From NCBI RefSeq assembly GCF_006345805.1, contig NW_021823637.1:1-22748 (forward strand): DNA of 22,748 nucleotides, given 5' to 3'. Source of the DNA: Octopus sinensis. Taxonomy: Eukaryota. The translations under genes and the position numbers were made by a program. Below are positions 1-11,306 of this stretch, piece after piece; positions within the stretch are counted from its first letter, which is position 1; each line of letters opens with the position of its first letter. The notes below the pieces were generated by a model. It saw only the letters and a program-made list of their open reading frames with translations. It was not told the DNA's origin and made no database searches.

Positions 1-39
1 AATAATAATATAATAATAATAATAATAATAGTAATAATA
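1..39. repeat. (AAT)n microsatellite directly upstream of an R4/Dong-like fragment
   Basis: Read directly from sequence. Confidence 0.95.
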
Positions 40-40
40 C

Positions 41-358
41 TGGGAGTTCCTAATATGTACATACCGGACCATCAGAGCAAATAAACCAGATATTGTTGTG
101 AAATACCAAAACAATAAAGTATGTTTATTGATTGACATGCGCATACACTATGACCATAATATCTCGGCAAAAGAATTTGATAAGCTCAGAAAATATAAAG
201 ATTTAATAATTGATATCGAAAAGATGTGACATGTCACGACGGTTACAGTACCTGTGATTGTAGGAGCACTTGGAATGATCAAAACAGGAATTGAAAATTA
301 TTTAAGAATCATCCCTGGCTTACCATTCATGCCGGAAGTACAAAAGATTGTCTTAACT
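41..358 (+). mobile_element. Truncated R4/Dong-type non-LTR retrotransposon, C-terminal restriction-like endonuclease (PD-(D/E)xK) region, pseudogenised
   Basis: Frame +2 reads WEFLICTYRTIRANKPDIVVKYQNNKVCLLIDMRIHYDHNISAKEFDKLRKYKDLIIDIEKM*HVTTVTVPVIVGALGMIKTGIENYLRIIPGLPFMPEVQKIVLT. This matches the NKPDIV..LLID..KxxKYxDL..PVIVGALG signature of R4/Dong endonucleases. TGA at 227-229 replaces a Trp. The adjacent (AAT)n fits the known (TAA)n targeting of Dong. Confidence 0.85.
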
Positions 359-613
359 GTTAAATTTATCCAGATAGATATTTCAAATTAGTATGCTTTT
401 CTAAACCCAGTACTACTGATGTTTGCAAAAAAAAACCAACAAAAAACAATCCAGGAATAACTAGAGATAAAATAGATGTTATTTTGGCGGCTAGAAAATC
501 TCACTAAATTTGAGAATAAATATTGAATTAGGAAGGATAAACCGAATGTTTGACATTATTATGGGTTCTACAGATTCGGCACCAGTTGCTGATTTGGTAG
601 GAATTTATATATT

Positions 614-743
614 TTGTCAGTGAACAGGTCGCGGTTTCAAAGCGACGAAAATATTTTGACACAAATTAAATTTAAATGTAGAAGTGAATCTAACGGTTTG
701 TTGTGTGTTCGTAAATGGCTCGTACATCTTCCACGCTGCAACT
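614..743 (+). mobile_element. 130-bp insertion in the PLE1 RT, flanked by a 13-bp target-site duplication
   Basis: GAATTTATATATT occurs at 601-613 and 744-756. Removing the insert and one copy restores the frame LVGIYILIFLNREFPEIAICLYRDD. Confidence 0.9.
615..661 (+). ncRNA. Minimal type I hammerhead-like ribozyme with G3:C8 core swap
   Basis: Stem I UGUCA(615-619)/UGACA(657-661); core GUGAACA (620-626) plus extra G; stem II GUCGC(628-632)/GCGAC(642-646); GAAA at 647-650; palindromic AAUAUU (650-655); H17=U656. Confidence 0.65.
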
Positions 744-2075
744 GAATTTATATATTGATTTTTCTAAATAGGGAATTCCCTGAAATAGCAATATGTTTAT
801 ATAGGGACGATGCGCTTTTTACAATTGTAAACACATCAAGTAGAATGTTGGAAAAATCTAGAAAGAAATTTTTTAGGTTCATTAAACGAATATGTCTGTT
901 TATAACGATAGAAGATGAACATGAATCTATTGACTTCTTAGATGTTACGTTGGAGATCAAAAACATAATTTATATACCCTTTCATAAACCTAATGAAAAC
1001 ATAAAATATATAAATATTTGAAGCAATCAACCCAAATAAGTAACAAACCTACTTATAAAGAACCTTTCATGTAGAATAAGCAAATTGTCAGCCAATGAGA
1101 ATATTTTCAAACTTAATGAAGGCACTTAGGAAAGCGGGGTATAATGATAAAATTATGTTTAATAAGTCAAATATCGAAACATATTTATATAGTAATATTA
1201 ATATTGCAGACCTGATATATAGTACTATAAAAAAATCTACTTATAACAAATGTTAGTGATGGAGATTTAAAATCAAATATTCAAGTTGATAGAGTAACAA
1301 GATTTTAATAGTGTAAATTAAAAGGTAAAAAATTATGTTTATAACGAAAGAAAAAAATCGTAAAATTGTTGATAACAGGTTTTAAAATTCTCGTACTGCT
1401 AATGGAAATGAGAATGTAGTATTCTCTAATAGAATCTCAAATTCTTTTAATATGAAATCAGCTAAAAGATTCAACGATAAAAATAAAAGTGAAATAAACA
1501 CGAATTCTAAAATGGATCGAAATCAGAGAATACTTACTTCTTCGAAAAACGGGTATACACATCAAAATTATGATCTTAACTCGCTGAATACTTTAGGGTT
1601 AATTGTTCCATTTGGTAAACAGGTCAATTACAGTTGTTGCAAATTGTTTAATATAGCAATGCAATAAATATTTCCCAAGGAACCATAGATATTACAGAGT
1701 TTTTAATCGGCATAAAATTAGTCTGGGTTATTGTCTTAGTCATAATATTGCACAAATTGTTGCAACACATAATATCAAAATAATATTGAAATTTCAAAAA
1801 AAGCGATTACAGTTAGAATAGTGTAATAAATTCGAAGTAAAAAAGAATAAAGAAACTCAAGTAGAAGGAAACGCTAGATGTCGTGAGAAGGGAAACGACT
1901 CAATTTAACATAAATATTTACGTCAACTCGAATAAAAGTTCAGCTTGAAATAGAACAAAGACAAACGTAATCAAAAAGAGTAGATCATGATAGAGAACTT
2001 GGTGTAGATCAATTTAATTCTACAATCAATGATCAAATTGAAACTAAATCTGATGGAAATATAAAAGGCTATCTT

Positions 2076-2510
2076 TGCAATTGTTCTAAAGGGGAATCCT
2101 GTTATGTGAAAAATAAGTGTAAAACTTAAAATGTAATATATTGATGTAAAGTTACATCTGAGGGTAAGGAATTCCTTTACATCGGTCGGACATCATTTAT
2201 TTTCAAGAGAAGACTGACAATTCATTTAATTTCATTTAAGGAGAAAAATAAAAGGTTCCAAACGAGTCTTAGCAAATTAAGCTGGTCTTTCAAGGACAGT
2301 AACAAGGCCTATACGATTAAATGGCAGTTAACTTGTACTTCGAAACCATATAGACCTGGAACCAATAGATGTGGCCTATGTTTAGAAGACTTTTACAGGA
2401 TTTTCACATTCAAGGGTAATGTAATAAATTCTATACAAGGACAAGCACTAAGATGGTTGCACATGAGTAAATTTACAATTGCCAAATGTAAATGTGTAAC
2501 TATCATTTAA
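2076..2510 (+). pseudogene. CxCx5C motif plus GIY-YIG endonuclease domain of PLE1
   Basis: Frame +3: CNCSKGESCYVKNKCKT*NVIY*CKVTSEGKEFLYIGRTSFIFKRRLTIHLISFKEKNKRFQTSLSKLSWSFKD...KPYRPGTNRCGLCLE..., with stops at 2127 and 2142. Confidence 0.85.
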
Positions 2511-3076
2511 CCTATACAAGGTTTTGAAGTGATGGACTGAAAATGATTATCCAATAAGAACTTGAAATAGAGATTGTTCGCGTCATATTTAACGGATAAC
2601 TCTGCATTATACAACGCAGAGTTTATAAAGGAAAATCATTAAACAGCCTTTTCGAAGGATATCAAATTAAGACCCTGAATAGACTGCACAGTTTTATTGC
2701 AGGGTTCTACTGAAACGATTACTAATCGGGGCAATTGAAGACGGTATACAATCATAGAATTAAAGGTAATGCTATTGCTATTTCGGAGTAATCCTTATTG
2801 TTAATATTGTCAAATACTCCAGGAAACCTATAGTGTTAAGGAAATATATTCAGAATTACCCGAAGGAAAATTCGTCTAATTTCTTATCGTATAAGAACGT
2901 AATTGGATTTATATGTTAACTGTTGAATAACATATTTTGAATACTTAACACTGAGAACAAACTGGTAATCGTTTTGGGATAATCCTTTGCATTTTATTAA
3001 TGTATACAAATACAACATTATGTTAATAAATTGACATATGTCAGTTTAAACTCCCCATTCTCCTTTTATAATAAAA

Positions 3077-3153
3077 AATAATAATAATAATAATAATAAT
3101 ATATATTATATATATGCATGATGTATATATATATGTATATATAGCATCTATAT

Positions 3154-3187
<34 letters not shown>

Positions 3188-3213
3188 TAATATGTAATTA
3201 TATATATAATATA

Positions 3214-3270
<57 letters not shown>

Positions 3271-3280
3271 TATATATATA
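3077..3280. repeat. (AAT)n followed by imperfect (AT)n
   Basis: Read directly. Confidence 0.95.
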
Positions 3281-3737
3281 TCAAAACAAAGACATTGTTA
3301 ATAAGGATATTAATCTGGTGAAATACGACTTTAGCTCTGAGCAGATAAAAATACACCGGACTAATAAAAATGTGTTATGATCTGTATTGTTCTCCAGGTA
3401 ATCCGGAGTCGAAGGCCAAAGTTCATCACCGGTTGAATTTGTAAATTCATGGTTGCATTACCCTGTTAAGATACGTTTTTACAGAGTAACAATAAAAAAA
3501 AAAACGACAGAAATAATGATTTGTTTTGGCTCTGACCGAAATATTATCGTGAAGATCGTTCCCTATATTTTCAAGCAATCAATTGATTGATTGATAAAAT
3601 TTAACTATGAATGCATCCAAAATTCATGTGTGAAACAGCTATAGGCGTATATAACATATTATTTCTGTTTCTCGCTCACACACACACACACACACACCTT
3701 TGTGTTTTTCATACTCCTCCGCGTGAAAACTTGTTTT

Positions 3738-3870
3738 GGTTTGTTTACATTCTAGTAACTTAGTGGTTCGGCAAAAGGGACCACTAGAAGACTGTAAGAA
3801 ACACAAATATCAAGGACAATTTGCTCGACGGAGCATTTTAATGCGGTAATCGCAGTCCTATAACTAAAGC
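3738..3870 (+). mobile_element. Diverged 3' half of SINE family A
   Basis: GTAACTTAGTGGTTCGGCAAAAG...TCGCAGTC matches the reverse complement of 16870-16960 in this window. Confidence 0.65.
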
Positions 3871-3902
3871 ATATAACTGAAGCGACGTTAACCGGATACT
3901 TA

Positions 3903-4065
3903 AGCGCGTGGCTGTGAGGTAAGAAACTTGCTTTCCAACCACATGGTTTTAGGTTCAGTCTCACTCCGGGGCACCTTGAGCAAGTTTCTTCTACTATAGC
4001 TTCGGGCCGACCGAAGCCTTGTGAATGGATTTGTTAGACAGAAACTTAAAGAAATCCGTCGCATA
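3903..4065 (+). mobile_element. SINE family A, 5' half (tRNA-derived head plus CORE-like GCACCTTGRGCAAG block)
   Basis: A-box-like TGGCTGTGAGG (3909-3919) and B-box-like GGTTCAGTCTC (3952-3962). Homologous to 11307-11438, 17041-17183 and 21851-22003. Confidence 0.85.
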
Positions 4066-4376
4066 TTTATAAAGAAATACCATTTTAGTCAGCCGCCCAG
4101 TTACACACCCGGAAGCTAGCTAGCAGGACAGGTTACCCATCGAACCGGCAGTTTGCTAACAATCCAGGAAGGTATTCATCTTATTAATTACAAGAGGCAG
4201 AAATCAAAGCTGGAATGGTTTCATGCTATTGTCTTAATTAACACACTCCTGTTTGGAAAAGTGTTAATTATCAGTCATACTAACGAGTTAGTCAAATGTT
4301 ACACAGACACGCGCGCGCGCATGAGTTTAGTGCAGGTATATAGAAATAAATAGATAGTGAGATTGATAGATAGATA

Positions 4377-4421
<45 letters not shown>

Positions 4422-4800
4422 TTGAGTAATTGAATGAATTATCTTATTAAGGATAATTCGAAAGATAACCGATACCTGGGTAGCAAATTCACATCGGAAA
4501 GAACACGGTTGAAGCTACGTCCCTAGGGCATAGACTACGTGTCTTCGTGCGGAAATTTGTATGTTTATAAATATTATAAAGAGACACTCATTATCGCCAT
4601 GGGCTCCTTGAGAGCGGTCAGCTAAAAGTTTTTTGTGCATTTTGATGTCGACATAAGTTTCCTTGATTTTCCTGAAGAGAAATCTGCATAATGTACTCCT
4701 TATTGCTTCGGAATTAGGAATACCAGCCTTCGAAACACATGTCGAGAATAAAGGATATTTGTTAACTAGTCGTTCAACTCCATTCTTTCATATACTTATA
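4422..4800 (+). mobile_element. ~380-bp ORF-less, hammerhead-bearing element between two (TA)n tracts (solo PLE pseudo-LTR or retrozyme-like)
   Basis: Flanked by (TA)n at 4382-4421 and 4810-4888. Contains the HHR at 4660-4755 and a 10-bp hairpin at 4436-4459. The class is inferred. Confidence 0.55.
4660..4755 (+). ncRNA. Type I hammerhead ribozyme with canonical core
   Basis: Stem I UCCUUGAUUUUC(4660-4671)/GAGAAUAAAGGA(4744-4755) pairs at 11 of 12 positions. Core CUGAAGA at 4672-4678. Stem II closes at G4679-C4731 and carries a C(UUCG)G hairpin (4706-4711). GAAA at 4732-4735. Stem III is AC/GU with an ACAU loop. Cleavage triplet GUC at 4741-4743. Confidence 0.85.
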
Positions 4801-4838
4801 ATGTTAAAATATATATGTATATATGTATATATGTATAT

Positions 4839-4890
<52 letters not shown>

Positions 4891-5015
4891 CACACACATA
4901 TACGGACGCACGCCTACAAATACACACATATATGCTGTTAGTGTTAACCTAATGTGGTCCTGCGTCTATCTCACTTTTTTTTGTTTCGTTTTCGGTATAT
5001 TTTCTGTTGTTCTAC

Positions 5016-5095
5016 TTTTCTGGTGGAAGATCGACGTACGAAACGTTAAAATATTTTTCTGTTGCTGTAAGCGATAACGTAGTAGAATTTGTTTG
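5016..5095 (+). mobile_element. Old decayed copy of the compact HHR-bearing repeat also seen at 16641-16842
   Basis: TTTTCTGGTGGAAGATCGACGTACGAAACGTTAAAA followed by TTTTTCTGTTGCTGTAAGCGATAACG...TTTGTTTG, which resembles the minus strand of 16690-16770. Confidence 0.4.
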
Positions 5096-5467
5096 ATCAG
5101 CTCTTTCATATCGTTATTCCTAATTTTGCAATTCTCTCTCTTGCCTCTCTCTTTCTCTTTCTCTGTATCTGTTTATCTATTTAAACATAAACGTGTATAT
5201 ACATACACACAGACACACACACACACACAAACATGCAGAAACACACAAACGTATGTATATATATACACACATATATGAGTGTGTTTGTGTGTGTGTGTGT
5301 AAGTATGTATATATTTTTGTCATTGTTTATTTACGAGAGATAGAGAGGAAAAGAGAGAAGCTCTCACAGAAACACAGAGAAAAAGAGAGAGAGAAGGGAT
5401 CTTACTCTCTTCCACAGAAGATAATTGAATGCTTTAAAAATGAAAGCAAAAACGTTACAACCACGAA

Positions 5468-5487
5468 GTATATATATTTATATATTG

Positions 5488-5532
<45 letters not shown>

Positions 5533-5610
5533 ATATATCTATATATATATAATATATTAATAAATATATATATAATATTATATATATATATATATATTAT
5601 ATATATATAT

Positions 5611-5648
<38 letters not shown>

Positions 5649-5665
5649 TATATATTAATATATAT
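5468..5665. repeat. Imperfect (AT)n
   Basis: Read directly. Confidence 0.95.
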
Positions 5666-6008
5666 TGTGTGTGTAGGAATATAGAGGGCTTTCGACAAAG
5701 CACTTGCAGTTATCTTCCGAAGATTGATTGGAATTTTAACAGTCAAGAAACCATTACTAACGATATTTTAATTCCTACACTGTCTAAATCTACACACACA
5801 TACACGCACTCTCACACACACACAAGTACGAAATTACATGCATGTTTGCATACGCATACATATGTATGTATAAATGTATATATATATATATATTTTGTGT
5901 ATTCACACGCATACGCATTTATATATTTACTCTAAGAAATAATATACCTGATAATGTTCTAATATCAAGTGAATACACATCTATAATTAACATATATACA
6001 TCTAAGTA

Positions 6009-6044
<36 letters not shown>

Positions 6045-6159
6045 TATATATACATACACTTAAACAGAGAGAGGGAGAGAGAGAGGCTTATATGTTTAAG
6101 GATGTACATAGGTATCTGTCTCTTTCACACACACTGACTCTCTGTCTTCATAGATAGAT

Positions 6160-6451
<292 letters not shown>

Positions 6452-6784
6452 GATAACCGTCTGTGCTTGCGGGTATATGTATGCATGCATCTATGTATCA
6501 ACTCTCTCTATATACATATATGTGTGTGTGTATGTGGGGGGGTATATGTGTGCAATGGCCAGCGTGCTTGCATGTGTGTGTGTGTATGCATATGTGTGAG
6601 CGCGCGCGCGTACACGTGTTTGTGTGTGTGCAGTTTTATCTGCTTTCTATACTGACATCAAATACATATTCTTCTTTTTCTAATATACATAAAATGATAA
6701 AGACGCAAAATACAAAAATAGGAATCTACATTTGTTTCTTTATATACATATACATACATATGCATATAAATGTATGTATATATG

Positions 6785-6825
<41 letters not shown>

Positions 6826-6990
6826 ATGTGTATATGTGTGTGCGTTTTTGTATGTACATGTATATGTATACACATACACACAAAACGAAAGTTAATTGAG
6901 AGCGGTTGAGTGGGGGTAAGGATGACTTGCACACAAACGCCCTTCACTGCAGTTATAAGGAAATGAAACTTCATATATATGTGAATATAC

Positions 6991-7031
<41 letters not shown>

Positions 7032-7141
7032 CTATATATAATATATATGCATCTATGTATATTAGCAGTTCTCTTTTATATTGATACCTCCAGGTAGATG
7101 CATATATATATATATAATATATATAGATATATAATATATAT

Positions 7142-7185
<44 letters not shown>

Positions 7186-7315
7186 ACATAAAGTAACAGA
7201 AAGGAGGATTCGATTATCCCTACGTGGTGAGTTGTAATATAATGCAATTTCTTATATATATACATATGTGTGTGTGTGTACGTGTGTAAGTGTGTATTGA
7301 ATATATATCATATAC

Positions 7316-8760
7316 AAGAAGGCACTTGAATTTAGTAAGGCATATGTCACTATAACAAATACTGATATAGAGATAATTATGAACACAGGGACGTCATTAC
7401 TCTTTCATGATAATTCCTATTGGGTAAAAATGAATGGAAACGAGTTATTTGACTGGTAATGGGGAGCTATGCCGGTGTCGAGATAGCTGACCTTGTAGGC
7501 CTTTATATCCTAGATATCCTTAAAAAAGAAATAAAAGAGGTTAACATAGGTTTAGATAGGAACGACATGTCTGGGAGTAGTATACAATAAAAACCGACAT
7601 TATATGGATAGAATAAGGAAAAAAATTATGTAAAATATTTTGCCAGTTAGGCCTGAGAACCACAATAAGTACAAACCTTAAAGAATTCAACTTCCTAGAT
7701 ATTAACAGCATAGGAAAATTTAAACCCTACTACAAATTAAACGAGGAATCCTCGTACATAGACATAGATTCCAACCACCTACCAGCAATAATTAAAGAAA
7801 TGGTTAACAGAATTTGCAAGCGCGTCTCCAATTTATTCACCGACAATGTCACTTTTAAAAAAGCCCCCCGTACTATAATGCTGCATTAGAAAGGTCCAAC
7901 TTTAAGAATAGCATATACTACACTGAACCAAATATAAATAGACCCAGAAGACGCAGATAGAGGAAAATCTTATTGTTTAATCCACCACACAGCATGAATG
8001 TAGCTGCTAACATAGTTAGGAAATTCTTGAAACTAATTGACAACCATTTTCCACATTCACACAAATACCACAAGATCTTCAACAGAAAAATATTAAAGAT
8101 AGATATAGTTTTCTCCCCAGTATAGGGGCAATAATCTCAACTCAGTCACAATAAATCTAAACACACCAGAAACACCCCCGACAGACAATGCAAGAGTAGA
8201 TATCCAAACCGCTACGCTCAATACAATAACTATCTCAGGAAAGATCTCGTATACAAGGGTAAGATCACAGACTCCAACTGAGTAGTAAAAACGTATACCT
8301 GAATGTCGGGCAACTACTTCAAGGAAATGAATACGTAGTACGTGGCGTCATTCAGAGACAAAAATAAGAAAAAAAACATGCAACATCCCTGTCAGACATA
8401 ATATGGATATTGAAAGAAGGTGGAATAAGCAACCCCCAGATAGAATTGAAAAGCCAAACAATACAGAGAACGGAGTGCTAAATGTAAACTCTGTATTACT
8501 GAAAAGTTAAAGATTATATAATCAACAGATAACCGCCGAAATATTAAGGATGAAACCTTCTCTCCCTGCATACACAAGCAATATTTTACACTTAAATACT
8601 TCAAAGAATAACCTGCCCTGGTAATCCCACCTGGATAGCCACTTTCCTGAACGCATAGCAGACAAATTTCACACACAGAATTATTATTTTATTATGACTA
8701 GGTCGTCATTCTAAAGCGATTGAAACCGGTAGCTGTTTATTTAAATCATAATGTAAATAC
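7316..8760 (+). mobile_element. PLE2: 5'-truncated, decayed Penelope-like retroelement (RT, short linker, GIY-YIG, 3' region)
   Basis: Across frameshifts: KKALEFSKAYVTITNTDIEIIM..SLLFHDNSYWVK, VMGSYAGVEIADLVGLYIL, catalytic YRDD degraded to DRND (7555-7566), FLDI, SNH, FNPPHSMNV, FPHSHKYHKIFNR, KDLVYKGKI, CKLCITEKLKII, PCIHKQYF. The stop is at 8609-8611. Confidence 0.9.
8694..8731 (+). ncRNA. Degenerate minimal hammerhead remnant at the PLE2 3' end
   Basis: AUGACUA (2 core mismatches), stem II GGUCG/CGAUU, GAAA (8722-8725), palindromic ACCGGU, then A. Stem I is not recoverable. Confidence 0.45.
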
Positions 8761-9496
8761 TTCCTTATTTCCTTCATTATAAAGAAACATTTTGTACTTC
8801 TTCTTAATACACACACACATAGAAGCCACCGAAATATCGTCTATATTTATCTACTGGCAGTCTTTTTTAAGGGTGGTATTGTACATTGTTTCAGCAACCG
8901 CATATATCATATTGGAAGGCGGTAACTGCACGACAAATATGAGTAGGTAATGATTAAATTTATTATAATATCCACAGTCGCTTTAAGCTCTAGACTACTT
9001 TGTTCGATAGGAGTTTTAGAATTATATATGTAAGTATGTGTGTGTGTGTGTATATGTATGTATGCATGTATGCATGTATGTATGTATGTATGCATGTATG
9101 TGTGTGAGTGTGTGAGTGCATGTTTGTAAAGATATATGTATATATATATTTGTTGGAATATGTGTATATATGCATAATTATTAAGTATGTGGTTTTATAT
9201 ATATATATGTGTATGTGTCCAAATGTATTTTTGTGTATGTATATGTATATACATATGTTAATATATATATACATGCATATATATGATGTGTTTGTGTGTG
9301 TGTATATAATATATATATGCTATATATAATATATATATGCTATATACATATATATAATATATACTAGATTATATATAAAGAAAGATAAATAAATAAAAAT
9401 TATATTAGTAGATAGTTGTGTAGACAAACAAATACACGCCGTAGTATGTTACAAAAAACAATCTATCGAGAAATGACAAATAATCTTGTTACTAAT

Positions 9497-9544
<48 letters not shown>

Positions 9545-10193
9545 CACTCACGAACACTCACAAACACACACACAAAACACTCACAAATACTCACAAACAC
9601 ACATATCTATATATATATACATATAGTCATGCATATACCTATACACAGAAACATAAATAAAATTTTACTTTCTCTGCACACATGAACACATACTAAAGCA
9701 CACAAACACACGCACACATATACAGATATACGTGTGTGTGTGTGTGTTTGTGTGTGTATACACACGCACAAACACACACATATATACACACACACATACG
9801 TACATATGTTTTAATATAAATATACATGACCATGAGTACTTTATTCTCGTACCTAAGCTCCTTGTACATGATTACATACAAAACAGACACACATGCATAC
9901 ACATACACACACATACACATACGCACGTACACACATGTACACACTGACATATATGTCCCTATACACGTGTATATACTTATGTACATACATATACGCAGGC
10001 ACATAAATATTTCCTTATTTTCTTGAGCCAGGAACGCATACTAACGTACGCACGCACACACACACACACGCACACACACACACGCACACACACACACACA
10101 CACACGCACACACACACACACACGCACACCACACCACACGCACACCAACACACGCACACACACACACACACAAATACACACAAAAGCTTACTC

Positions 10194-10353
10194 ACATGTG
10201 CATGCACTTCTATTCATATACTTAAATAAATGTATGTATGTAAGTGCTTGTGTATGTACTATATATATAGTTATATACACTCGTGCATACATACATACAT
10301 ACACACATATATATATATGTGCATATATATATATGTATATATCTATATATATA

Positions 10354-10400
<47 letters not shown>

Positions 10401-10541
10401 CATATATATATATGCACATATATATATATGTGTGTATGTATGTATGTATGCACGAGTGTATATAACTATATATAGTATACATACACAAGCACTTACATAC
10501 ATACTTTATTTAAGTATATGAATAGAAGTGCATGCACATGT
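10194..10541. repeat. ~348-bp palindrome centred on (TA)n
   Basis: Arms ~10194-10340 and ~10395-10541 are reverse complements apart from a 1-nt indel and microsatellite slippage. The ORF track shows near-identical peptides on opposite strands (10188..10502 - and 10198..10521 +). Confidence 0.9.
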
Positions 10542-10544
10542 ATG

Positions 10545-10578
<34 letters not shown>

Positions 10579-10692
10579 TGTATGTATGTATGTATGTATG
10601 TATGTATGTATATATGTATGTATGTACGTATGTATGTATGTAGGTATGTATGTATGTATGTATGTATGTACGTATGTATGTATGTATGTATG

Positions 10693-10726
<34 letters not shown>

Positions 10727-10835
10727 TGTATGCATGTATGTATGTATGTATGTATGTATGTATGTATGTATGTATGTATGTATGTATGTATATATGTATG
10801 TATGTATGTATGTACGTATGTATGTATGTAGGTAT
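10542..10835. repeat. (TATG)n tetranucleotide array
   Basis: Read directly. Confidence 0.95.
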
Positions 10836-11274
10836 GTGTGTGAGTGTGAGTGTATGTGTATGTCTGTGGGAGCGTGTGTGTGAGGAGTGTATATACATAC
10901 ATACACACACATGCATACATAAATACGTATATACATACGTACATATATACACGCATGTATATACGTATACATGTATGTATGTGTGTATGTATGTATGTAC
11001 ACGCCTCACACACACACACACGCTCTCACAGACATACAATTACACTCACACTCATATATATATATGTATTTGCTTTCATATGCTTCCTAGCTAACAGATC
11101 CTTGGAAGTAATAATTATTCATCAGGCCGAGTATACCATAGTTATGTGAAGGTTATATTGTCGTTTGCAGTTATATCTCCGGCGAATTAACTTGGGATTT
11201 GTTAATGAAGTTGAGTTTTTCAATAGACAGACAGACAGATAGATAGATATAGATAGATAGATAGATAGATAGAT

Positions 11275-11306
<32 letters not shown>

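Larger units (their letters stand above)
359..3070 (+). mobile_element. PLE1: 5'-truncated, decayed Penelope-like retroelement (RT, long linker, CxCx5C motif, GIY-YIG, structured 3' region)
   Basis: Across frameshifts: FIQIDISN*Y (motif A, 365-394), IDVILAARKS, FDIIMGSTDSAPVADLVGIY, LYRDD (YRDD at 800-811), DFLDVTL, PFHKPNE, SNQP, ALRKAGY, FNRHKISLGY..HN, CNCSKGESC (from 2076), NVIY*CKV..YIG, and CGLC up to the stop at 2508-2510. There are many stops and frameshifts. The 3' boundary is approximate (next microsatellite). Confidence 0.9.

Noticed and set aside
2511-3070. Hairpins in the PLE1 3' region (AACTCTGC/GCAGAGTT, ACCCTG/CAGGGT, CGATTA/TAATCG, GGAGTA/TACTCC) as a hammerhead
   Set aside because: No correctly spaced core, GAAA and NUH arrangement.
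3399-3437. Possible terminal exon VIRSRRPKFITG* after TTCTCCAG
   Set aside because: The site reads equally well as a donor, and the peptide is short and not identifiable.
4436-4470. 10-bp hairpin followed by GAAA as a second hammerhead in the 4422 element
   Set aside because: No recognisable core before stem II, no U16.1, and no similarity to the 4660 motif.
11119-11125. Minus-strand CTGATGA with a later GAAA
   Set aside because: No stem I partner and no stem III or NUH.
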